Source: Protoeuglena noctilucae (taxonomy: Eukaryota). From it: a stretch of DNA of 64,000 nucleotides. The stretch is taken from contig OY253669.1 in the NCBI GenBank assembly GCA_958009085.1, forward strand, positions 1,240,001 to 1,304,000, written 5' to 3'. The translations under genes and the position numbers were made by a program. Below are positions 49,401 to 60,321 of this stretch, in pieces. Under the pieces are notes generated by a model that was not told the origin of the DNA, searched no databases, and saw only the letters and a list, made by a program, of their open reading frames with translations. Each line of letters starts with the position of its first letter. Positions within the stretch are counted from its first letter, which is position 1.

Positions 49401-51204
49401 TCCTTCCCCACTCACATCTGGTTGCCCTCATCCATCTTGGCGGCCAGCTGGGCACCCATATCCTTGATCTTGGCCTTAATCTCGATCCCCAGCTCCTTCA
49501 AGTCGCCCCGCAGACCCTCCACCGAGCGAGTAATGACACCCTCCAGCACGCGCGTGTCGATGCTCATGGACTCCATCACCGCCCGCATCTTCGACTCGTC
49601 CTGCGGGACACCAAGACAGCGACCGCTCCCGTTGCGGACCTCCAGTTGCAAACCCTTGCCTTCCCGCACAGACCACCGGCTTGGCCATGCTGAACCGCTT
49701 CTGCTCCTTACAGCCAGTGCAGATCAGGGGCAGTCAGGGTGGGCCGAGAACCGCTCGCTGCAGTGCCGCGGGTCACCTGCGCCACGGCTGCGAGCGCCTG
49801 GGACACGTCCGCGCACCCCGTGGTCTCGAGCAGCTTGGCCTCCAGCTTCTCGTCGTTGTCGTAACCCTTGCACCCACCCGCGACCCCCAGCGGCTGCATC
49901 ATGATCTTGGTGCGCACCGTCCGGTCCCACGCCTGCGACAGGGGCTCCCAGGGGCGCTTGCTGGGCGGCGCTGACGGCATGCATGCTGCTCGCACAAACG
50001 CCTCACCCGTGCTGGTGCATGCATGTCGCATATACATGTATGGACCAGATGCTATGTCACGCACGCAGGAAATCCGTGGCTCACCTCGTCCAGGTCCCGG
50101 TGAGCCTCCTCGAAGTCCTGCTGGTCGTTGCTGGACGTGAGCATCTTCTTCCACCACTTTTTCCCCACGAACTTCTTCACCAGCTCCACGCACTCCTCCA
50201 TGCGCAGCCTGACGTCGTTGATCTCCTTCTTCATGCTCTTGAGCGTCTCTCGGTCGGTCTTGGTCAGGCAGTTGGACAGTTCGAGGATGAGGGCGGTCAG
50301 GCGGGCGCAGTTGTACCTGTTCTCGACCACCTGCATCGAGGCGTCGAAGATGGCGCCGGCGGCCGCCCACACGGGGCCCACGATGACGCCGAACGGCGTG
50401 CCCGCCAGCGCCTTGCCCACGAAGTCCAGGGCAGACCCCACGATCTGAGCGCCGATGCCGGACAGGAGGCTCTGGTCGATGCTGCCCATCGTCCCCACGA
50501 TCGAGAGCACCTCGTCGATCTTGTTGGTGGCGATCTCCATGGCACCCTCGTCGTTGACCCGCGAAAGCTCCTCTTCCGTGAACGGCTTCACGCCCAGGCT
50601 CTCCTCAACCACCACCTCGACCTTCACGGGGGCGTCCTGCTGCTTCTGCTGCTTTGCAGGGATGGGAGCCGCGGCCGCGGGCTTCGCCGCGGGCGCAGGT
50701 GCCGTGGCAGGGGGGGGAGCGCCAGCCGCTGGCTTTGCTGCCGCCGCGAACTCGGAAGCGAAGAAGGCCGCGTGAAAGGAGTTGTCCACCACCTGCGGGA
50801 AGGCCCGCACAATGGACTGAATGCCAAGCAACGGAGACCCATCAGGCTCCACAGGATTTCCCCGCCTTGCCTTGCGCATTCGATCCTGGAGGATGCCGTC
50901 CTCGAAATATCGATACATGACCTTGCCGGTGATCAAGTTTGCCGAGAACACGGCCTCGTATTTCGCCAACAGCTCCTTGGGCATGTCTGGAGGTGCAAGG
51001 CGCGGCGCCCGTTAGGCAGGGGATTGCCGGCGCCCACGGACGCAGTTGCAGTGAGTCAGTTTATGACACAGCATGCGATCGGCAAGAAGAGCCGGGCGGA
51101 TACTCACCCAGCGAGTATACCCACGAGCGAGTGTCCGAGACGTCCCATTCCGAGGGATGCGGCAACATCTCGGCCCCCAGGGGCTTCGATGCGCCGCAGC
51201 CCAT
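40401..51204 (-). CDS. NLR-like STAND protein: MGCGAS acylation motif, SAM-like domain, MLKL/HeLo-like helical domain, NACHT NTPase, WD40 repeats; about 25 exons
   Basis: ATG at 51204 (MGCGASKP). SAM-like 'WDVSDTRSWVYSL..KYEAVFSANLITG'. 'RDWLVKEVDDW', Walker A 'AGPGMGKT', Walker B 'FLIDALDE', sensor 'VVTSRP', and many GH..WD repeats. One in-frame TAG (46449..46447) and a phase problem near 45960. TAG stop at 40403..40401. Confidence 0.85.
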
Positions 51205-51598
51205 TGCTCCCGACCTTCTGGCCCCCTTCTGCGTGGCCCTAAGCGCACAAGCTGCGCAGTCTTTCTTCCGTGCAGGACTTCAGATTGGACAGAGCGTTGA
51301 CCGAGCGTGGGACCGCTCCCCGCGTCACGCAGACGCACTGGCTAGACCACAATGATGACAGAGCGCACGAGACGTCTCACACGGAGCGGCAAGGGCGTGC
51401 CAGAGCACGTCCGTTTCTCGGTCCTGTTGGCGTTAGTAACGGTTCTACTCGGAACGGCGCACACAACTGAGTTTACGTGCTCGCGGCTCGTCACGAGACC
51501 CATCGACCCGCAGCTCCTTGCAGGGCCCTGAGCCTGGCTAGCCTTGCCGTGGCTCAGCCTTGCCCTAAGGGGCCCATTGAGAGCGTGTGAGCAGCAGT

Positions 51599-52803
51599 AT
51601 GGCCGACATAGGTGAGCCTCGAAATGAGAATCGCGATGTGCGATGCCTCGCTGGGGCGAAGAGAGGCGCGCCGTCTCGGGGGAGGGGGACACATGACGGG
51701 ACATTTCATGACCCGCAGAGGCCGCGACCGCGGCCATCATGATCCATCCGCGGCTCAGAGAGGTGTTGACGGATGAGCTGTGTCCGGCGAACTGGAAGGG
51801 GACCTGGCAGGACGCATACCAGACCCTGAAGTCCTGCACGGCGTTCGCAGAGAGCGCGGCACTGCCTTCTCAAGAGAGACCTCCACAGGCGAGGGTGCAG
51901 CCTCCGTGGCGCGTTGAGGTGCAAGCTAGGACGGGCTTGCACCAACTTTGACCATGCAGCAATCCTTCACCGCTTTGGTCGATGCAGGCGTGGGGCTTCT
52001 GCCATGGGCCGGAGTACAACGACCAGTACTACTGCAAGGAGCACGACGAGGATTGCGTCGCGGGCAGCTGCGTCTTCGGGAAAGGGACGGTGTGGTGGAA
52101 CGACGTCAGCGCGAGGCTGGTCCCTCCGAAGCCGGGCCGGTACGCTCTGTGCTTCCGGTATGGGGCATTCTACAGTGCCCAGGCGTGGAACATCTCCGTG
52201 ACGTGCCCCAAAGTTGGGTCCAAGGGCGGAGACCTGGTCTCAGAGAGGACGTGGCGCCCCAGGGTGCGTACACGCGCCCTGTCCCACACGTGGCGTGCCA
52301 TCCGCAAAAACTGCGCTTGGCGAGCTGTGCTCGGTGCTCCACCCCAGCCACCGTCGTGTGCGATCCTTGCCGCAGGACGGTCAGCAGATGCGCTGGTACG
52401 TCATCCCGGACATCGAGATTGCGCCGGAGTGCGTGGGGCAGGCCGTGCAGTTCAGGATGTGGGACCATGGGTCCGGCCACAGCGGCGAGAAGTGGGACTG
52501 CGGTGCGTGTGTGCGGCACGTGGAGCTGGCGCAGAGCCTGGTTACACCAGTGCGTTTCCGACTTCTCGCTCTCTGCCAGCCTCGGATCGCTGCACGGCCG
52601 CTGGTCCAGGATGGTCCCGGACTGACCCTCACCGACTGGCAGCCATGACCTCCCAGTGTTGTTTCCCCGCAGCGATCCTGGTGCCCATGGAGCTGCTGGA
52701 CCTGAGCGTGGGCCGTGCAAACAAGACCGTTGTCGTCATCGGGGACGAGGGGAATGAGGAGGAGGGCGAAGAGGAGAGCGGTGACGACGAAGACGACTAC
52801 TGA
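51599..52803 (+). CDS. Phloem protein 2 (PP2)/Nictaba-like lectin-domain protein with an acidic tail; 5 exons
   Basis: Exon chain MADI|EAATAAIMIHPRL..|AWGFCHG..'TVWWNDVSARLVPPKPGRYALCFRY'..'VQFRMWDHGSG'. The Trp-rich pattern resembles the PP2 domain. TGA stop. Confidence 0.5.
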
Positions 52804-52938
52804 TGCATATGCGAAGATGCTGCGACGTCCACTGCGGCGCTTCTCCGGTTCAAGAGCAGCGCGCGCCCCGCAGTCTGCAACCCCGCAGTCTGGAACAACC
52901 ACGATCCCCATAGGCCAGAAAGTCTCCTTGTCTTGACG

Positions 52939-53550
52939 TTATGCCGACGCCTTCTTCTGCGACCGCAAAACGTTGATCAAGGCTTCGCGACGCGCCCATA
53001 ATAGTGCATCCCTTGTGAAAGACCCTAACCGTGTCTGCGCGTGTCCCAGCCAGCTTCCCACCTTGTAGAAGGGGTCCCAGCGCTCGTACCACTCCTCGGG
53101 AATGGGGTCCCCGCGGTCGAGCATGGTCTTGACGATCTTCTGCCGGCGGAAGAACTGCGAGCACAACGGGCATCGGCCAATAGCTTCAGCAGCTGCGGAC
53201 GGAAAGGGCGGCCAGCAGCAGCATCTGCCAGCTACTGCCCACTCGCCTCCATGTACTGGCACATCAGGTACTCGTGCTTCTCGTGCTTGCAAGACCAGGG
53301 CGTGAACTGCGGAGGGGGCGCGGGGATGCGGTCGATGCTTGGGGGAACACGCAACGGGGCCCGCCCGCGACGCCGCGCGGCGCGGTCAGCCGCGGACCTT
53401 GCTCTTGGCCCTACAGTCGTTCAGCTTGACCAAGAGGTGAGCGCAGAAGTCGCGGTACTGGAGAGGGAGGCGGGCCCGTGCCATCTCCGCCTCTGAAATC
53501 TTCATGGTCGGGGGCGGGACGCCCTCCACCTCCCACACCCGCGGCGCCAT
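52939..53550 (-). CDS. NDUFB7: NADH:ubiquinone oxidoreductase subunit B18 (NDUFB7); 4 exons
   Basis: 'MKISEAEMARARLPLQYRDFCAHLLVKLNDCR...PWSCKHEKHEYLMCQYME', the twin CX9C signature. TAA stop. Confidence 0.92.
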
Positions 53551-54222
53551 CTTCTACACAGCCCGATGTGTCCTGCGGAGACTACGATTCCGACGTTTGA
53601 CGCCCCAAGACGCCGGCATCGCCACGTCTTCGTGCGGGCAAGGCAGCCGGCGCCCCGGCCGCGATGGATGCACGCCGTGCAGGGCATGCACGAGTTGGGG
53701 GCATGCCATCGACGACTGCGCAGCGTCGCGGGCGCCTGCGTCCCCACAGGCTTGCGCCAGGGTGGGTCCAGGAGGCACGGGGCCCCAGATGGCGCAGCCT
53801 GGCCCAGATGGTGCGCGATCACCTCTTCCCAGCCGACGTGTGGCCGTCCCCTCCTGCTATCCTTACGCTGCGCTCCTTAAGGCCCGGGCAATCACTCCAA
53901 ATTGATGGGTTGCTGCGAGGGCACGCACTGCGAGCGGCTTTCACCCTTCCAAATTCTCCTTCTCGGCACTCAAGATGGTGTGGAGCGCAGAGTCGTCCCC
54001 GGGCGCGACGAGAGCCGGAAGCGTGGCGTTCTTGCGGCGCGCGTTGCCAGCCAGGCCGCGGTGCGGAGTTTTGGCACAAAGCCATCACCATTCGAAACTC
54101 CTGATGTCAGCTTTCATGCGCTGAGACGCTGGAATTCACTGCTGGGGCTCCTGTGAGCCGACTGCAGCGCACCGGTACAGAAAGACAAGAGGACGCGCAC
54201 TCTGCCCTCTCGCCAAAGGCCG

Positions 54223-55083
54223 ATGTCTTCTAGTGGGGGAACAACTAGCCAGGTGAGCGCAATGCCTTTGCCACTACGCCACCTAGCGCTCGGATTCCAG
54301 CTATGTCCCGTGGGCCCAGACTCTGCGGGGCTGGCTGAGCGCGCGATGCGGTTGGCTACGCAGCTGAAGCCTCCGAGTCAGGAGCTGCGCGTTCCACTAG
54401 TCTAAAGCCGAGGGCGACGCGCGGCAGCATCGCCCTAACTGTGAACTTGGGGTGCCTCGCAGCCCGAGAAAGCCGCGGCTCCAATCGAGACCGACCAGGC
54501 TCATCCGACGAAGGCGGACTCGAACGGGACGGGCGCATCCTCGCGCAAAAGGTCCGCGCCTGAGCCTGGCGACGCTACCAAGCCGAAGCGACCGGCGGAC
54601 GCCGACGCCGAGGTGAGCCGATTGAAACGGCGTTTGGCTAAGCCTCGTCTGCGAAGTTGATGAAGAGCGCATGCGGCGGGACAAGTGCGCGGATGCGCGC
54701 AGGAACGAGTGCATAGGGGTCGTTTTTGTGTTGCACCCGCAGAAGATTGGAGACCTCGACCTCCTGAAGCGCCTACGTGACGCGGACGAAGAGGGATTGG
54801 TGGGCGGTGAGAAAGTCAGTCAGGTTGCCGCACCTGTGCGCGAGGCAGGCGGGGAGGAGTTGCCGCCACGCAAGCCCCAAATCATCGACAGCAAGGTGAC
54901 CAAGGAGGGTGACGGTGGTGGCTGGCACCAGGGTCGGCGCTGGTGGGAGAGCGCAACGCGAACAGCGCCTCCTCTTCCTGCTCCATTCAGATTCGCAACA
55001 CGGCCGTGCCACACAAGCCCCGCATCGGTCCTCAGTACCAGGCTGTCGTCCCAGACTGGCGGGACCCTGCCGAGCAGCGCTAA
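54223..55083 (+). CDS. Small (~140 aa) protein ending in an ELM2-like motif; 4 exons
   Basis: MSSSGGTTSQ|PEKAAAP..|KIGDLDLLKRL..|IRNTAVPHKPRIGPQYQAVVPDW with phase-0 GT-AG introns. TAA at 55081-55083. Confidence 0.65.
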
Positions 55084-55170
55084 GGTGCGCCCCCGTCCCG
55101 CACATTGCCCTGTGACCTGCCTACATTCCAGCCGCCGTCACCCAGCTCCCCGTTCGCCCTCCCTGCAGCC

Positions 55171-58100
55171 ATGGCGTCCCCACCCCGCTTGCCCCGTGGC
55201 GCGGCAGCTGCGGTGCCTGGCCGCTTTTCGCTGCTTCTGCTCGCCGAGGGAGAGGTCTTCGTTTCTGACGCCCGCGTCGCCTGCCTGGAGGTCCCGGAGG
55301 CCGCCACCCCGGCCGGCCACGGCCCACGGTCGGACGTGGGGGGGCGCCTCCGGGTGTGCTCCGAGAGTGTCGTGTTCGAGCCCGACGAGCGCGCCCTTCC
55401 CCTCGTGCGCATCGAGTTCGCCGCGTGCACCCGCGTGGACGCCGTCTCCAGCGCCGACGGCACCACCCTCGCCCTCAGCTGCACCCACCTCGTGCGCATG
55501 CGCGAGGGCGGCATCGACCACCCTTACCTCCGCGCCTCGGCGGGGCCCGACGGCGACATCGAGTTTGTCTTCTCTTTGGTAAGTCGTGCGAGTCGCTGCA
55601 ATGCTCAGGAGGTGCCCTTGGGTGTTTTCCAGGCATGCACCTTTTGCGACCTTGTCACGTGACCCATGGCCCGTGTCATACACACCGCAGGCCTCGTCTA
55701 CGGACGACGTCGTGCTCGAACTGCAGCAGTACTTCTCCGCGTCCCGCTGGCCACCCTCGGAGCGAGCCGATATGCTCCGGTGAGCCTGGGGCACAGTTGG
55801 CACAAGCGGACGCATGCAAGAGGAGGCCTGCGACCGCTGTGACACCGCCCCGCCCGTGATGATGGTTCCAGGGAACTGCTGCGCCGTCGTCTCGATGCGC
55901 TGACGTTCGATGCGAGCCGATTGGAAGATTTCGAGGAGGTGGTGCACCTGGACCAACCTGCAACGCTCATCACGCCGCTGGTGCGGGAGCCGGGGCGGCT
56001 GGTCCTCACCGACAAGCGCCTCTACTTCCAGAGGCTCTTCAACGCCGGCGGGGGCAAGGGGCTGGCCTCGCACCCGCTGGCCGCGGTCGCGGGTGTGGCG
56101 CGGCGCGTGCACGGCATGAAGCGCACGGCCATCGAGGTGAGTCAGTGAGGACAAATCAATGGATAGCGAAAGGTGGCTTGATGGCATGCATTACCTCTCC
56201 TGCAGCTGCACTGATCTGCTGTTGCCACGCCCAGCACGCCACTGCCCCATCCCATGGACCATTCTGCCTTGCCCTCAGGTCTTTTTCTTCGACAGCGCCG
56301 CCATCGCGGGAGGGGGCCCCAAGGCGGTGGCCGGCGGCCCGCTGTCCCCCAACTGGGGCGCAGCGAGCGCGACGTTCGTGTTTGAAACGCACCGCGCCGT
56401 CGACGACGCCCTCCGCCACCTCCGGACGCTCCCTGCCGTCGGGTCCGCCCTCCTGGGCCTCTGCAGCGCAGGGTCTCCTGTCCCTGTCGGCCCCTTGGTT
56501 GCTCCGCGCGGCCGTCGCCTGGCAGCGCGGCCTCGTGAGCAACTTTGAGTATCTCATGTGGCTGAACATCGCGGGTGGCCGCAGTTTCAACGACCTGTCC
56601 CAGGCGAGGGAGCGGACCTGCTTGCATAATGGTGTTTGCACATGACCTGTGCTGGGGTGGGCTTGCAGGACACTGCTTTGGCAGGACAGTGTGGGGTTCC
56701 ATGGCGGCAACTACACCGTTTGCGTTCCATCGCAGTGGCCCGTCATGCCGTGGGTGCTGTCGGACTACAGGAGCGAGGTCCTCCGCCTGCGCAATGACGG
56801 CGCTGAGGGTGCGGAGAGCGGAGAGGGAGTCGCGCGTGATGCGGATGGCTTGGGAGAGGCGGCGGCGACGGCTGCCGGCGATGACCGGGACCCAACCGCC
56901 GGCACGGAAGGGGTGGAGCAGGGTGCGGGTTCGGGTGCGGTCGCTGGCGCGAGCGCGAGGAGCGGTGGCGAGGACGGAGCCACGTTCCGCGACCTGTCCA
57001 AGCCTGTTGGGGCACTCAATCCCAGTCGGCTGGAGAGCCTGAGGCGAGTGCTGTTAGGGACTTGTGCTAGCCTCAGGGCTTCGTTCTGGCGGAACCTTTG
57101 GCTGGTCAGGGAGGGTGGGACCGTATTATGACGCCACGCCTTGCCGTTTGTGCCACAGGGAGCGCATGCGGGCGATGCAGGAGGCCTTGGCGATGGATCC
57201 CACGCTGCCGATGCCGGCGCCCTATCTGTACGGCACGCACTACTCGACGCCCGGCTACGTCGTGTACTGGCTCGCGCGCGCCGCCCCTGGCCACCTCCTC
57301 CGCCTGCAGGTGTGTGCAGGGGCAGCGGACAGGGCCGTTGCAAGGGCCTGTGAGAGTCTGCAGCCATCCTCAAGAAAAGCCATGCAGTGTCTCTTTAAAT
57401 GCAATCTGCTCGGCAAGCTCCACTGGACCCCTGCCCACCTTGCTGACCGCTGATGACTCTTTTTGCGTCTCACTCGCAGAGCGGTCGCTTTGACGAGGCC
57501 GACCGCCTCTTCGCCTCGATCCCCGCCGCCTGGGACAGCGTGGTGTCGTCCCACATGGACCTAAAGGAGCTCATCCCCGAGTTCTTCCTCCCAGACCCCT
57601 CGTTCCTCCACAACGCAGGCGAGGGCGCGTGTGTTTGTCGCATGCGGGAAAGGCGCCCCGCGTGCCTGCACTTACCCAGCTGCTCTCAGGCAGTGCAGGT
57701 CTATCACAATGCGAACATGAGTGCTAGACGTACTGAATCTCGCAAAGTCTCCGATCGTTGCTCCAGGTGGCCTCAATCTGGGTCGCAAGGCGTCAGGGGA
57801 CAGGGTGGACGACGTCGTGTTGCCTCCCTGGGCGGGGGACGACGCAACGCGCTTCCTCGCCGCCCACCGCCTGGCGCTGGAGTCCCCCGCGACCAGCGCG
57901 TCGCTTCACAAGGCGAGGCAGAGCAGCTGCTGGTGGTCACGGGCCTGTGCTGGGAAGGGACACCCTCAGGGGTCCTCAGGTCATGCCGAGAGATACCCGT
58001 TCTTAGATACCCGTGCGATGGCACCGGCTTACCAAGTAGGAGGAGTAAGGGACCAGACTCGACATCAGCGGAGCACCGCAGTGCTATTCGCCCTTTCGCC

Positions 58101-60166
58101 TCGTCCTCGCAGTGGATTGACCTGGTGTTCGGCGCCCTGCAGCGTGGGGAGGGGGCCCTTCAGGCAGACAACCTGTTCTACCCCGTCACGTACTTTGTCA
58201 GCGACGATCCGGGGGACGACTCCGCAGGTGCGGCAGGGCGCTTGTTGACCCACCACGTGCAACACCATGCCTGTCGGCGCTTGCGTGTGCCTGAGTGACC
58301 CATGGGTGCCACGCTGGGCTGTCCATCACGGCCATTGGGGAGCTGGAATGTCACTATCTGTCTGCCTTGCTGCTGACGCAGGTCCCGCGGTGGACGACCC
58401 AACAGAGCAGGCGGCTGGGGACGCGCGGGTGGCCGCTTCGTATGGTCTGACGGTCGAGGCCCTGCAGCAGCAGATCTACGAGTTCGGGCAGTGCCCCAGG
58501 TGAGGGGCTACTCGCAATCGTGGTAATGACGTGTCGCGACGGTCACTGTACATGAATTGAGGGTGTCAAGGATGGAATGTCGCTGTCCAGGCAGGTGCCA
58601 CCCGATGCAGCGACGCTGGGGTGTACTCCAACCCCAACAGATGCTCACAGCACGTACCGAAAACGCGTTCGGACACCTATCCTTCCCCGCAGGCAGCTGT
58701 TCCTCGTCCCCCACCCTCCGCGCCGCTGGGCCCCCGACGCCGACGCCGTCCCCGCCACCGTTGCCCCTGGGGTGGACGCGGCGTCTCTGACAGAGCTGGC
58801 CTTCCAATCAAGGCCCGTGAGCGAGCCGAACCTCGTGCCGGAGGACACCGACGCCGCCGACACTGGCGCATCCAATGCCGGGCAGGTGTGTGCTTAGGGT
58901 GGTGGTGTGCTTTGAGGGCTATGCTCAGAGTGGTGTGCCCAGAGTACCACCGTCATTGTCAAATACCCGAGTCGCACTCTCCCCTGCCCCCGCGCCTGCA
59001 GGGCAAGTCCAGGGCTGCGAGCGGCGCCCCATCTGCATCCCAGCACCTGACGCGGTGTGTGGTGCAAATCATGGAAGACGCCATGGCTCGGTGCCGGGCC
59101 ATGGAGGGCCGAGCGCTGGACGAGAGGCACACGGCAGTCGCAAGGTGACGCCATGCACCGAGTGACTGTGACTCGAGCTGGGTCGATTGAAGGACAGATG
59201 GGCGGCTACGCGTGCGCGGATGCGTGCGCGGATGCGGTCACGAAGCTATGAGCTCACACCCTACCCTCGTCTGCCGTCCCCGTGTTGATTGCAGTGGCGC
59301 CGTGCAGGGATGCCTCCTGGCCATCGCAGCTGCTGCGGCAGCGATCTCCACAGCCGACCCAGACCTCCAGGCGCTGACGGCAGCGGCGGAGGCGGCTGCG
59401 GAGCGAGCGGTGGCCGAGAGGGAGGCGAGGCGCGCGAGGGATATTGCAAGCCAGGAGAGGGACGCAGGCGTGGGTGGGGTCACGGACGGGACGCGGGTCG
59501 ACGAGGGCGGCAAGCCGGCTGCGACGGGAGCGGCGACAGGCGACGATGTGCCAGGAGAGACGCCGTTGCAGGGCCAGGCGAGTCGCTGCTCGTATTGCCA
59601 ATCCCACCTCACTCATGGTCGAAAGCGATGGCTTCGTTATGCCACCCGGCCGCGTCACTGGTTGCGTGCTGTGACGGCTGCCACCGTCGTCCCCGCAGCC
59701 GTCTGCCTTTTCCAAGTTCTTCGCCAAGGTGGCGAGCAGCGTGTCAGCGCGGGCGCCGCGGCTTGCCCTGGGCGGGGAGGGCGCTGAGCCAATGAGCCCG
59801 GGGGCATCCGGGGCGAGAGCGGCCGAGGGCATGGCGACGTCACCCGGGGGCGGTGGCCGGCCCAGTGCGCGTGGTCAGAAGCCGTGGGGCCTCGGTTGGG
59901 GCGGAGGGTGGAATCCCTTGGCGGGTGCGGGAGGGGGGTTCTCCAAAGCCGGACCCGGTTACCGTGTGGGGGGTGCACAGGAAGGCGGCCAAGTGGATGC
60001 GGTGGACGCTGAGGTGCGGAGACAGGCGGCGGCGGAGGCGGCGGACCGGCGCGCGCAGGCGGCGGCGGCGCGGGGCGCAGGAAGGGGTGGGGCGGGGCCC
60101 GGTGCGGAGTCGAGGGGCGCGGGCGGGAGGGACGATGACGCCATTGTGAAGGGCTGGCTGTCGTGA
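55171..60166 (+). CDS. FAN/NSMAF-like PH(GRAM)-BEACH protein without recognisable WD40 repeats; about 14 exons
   Basis: 'RFSLLLLAEGE', 'PGRLVLTDKRLYFQ', and BEACH motifs '[34 protein letters not shown]', 'FRDLSKPVGALN', 'YGTHYSTPG', 'DLKELIPEFF', 'WIDLVFG' and 'EFGQCPRQLF'. Apparent frameshift near 56456. TGA stop. Confidence 0.88.
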
Positions 60167-60321
60167 GCCGCGCGGCCGAGTCGATCGTATCTGTATCCTA
60201 GATGCCGTCGAGCCACTGTATTTTCAAGAGCTTGCGTGTGGCTGGCGGGGGTGACCCCGTGGCCATTTGCGAAGAGCGGGGCACGACACCACTTCCTGAC
60301 AGCCACCCGCGCCCCGTGCGT

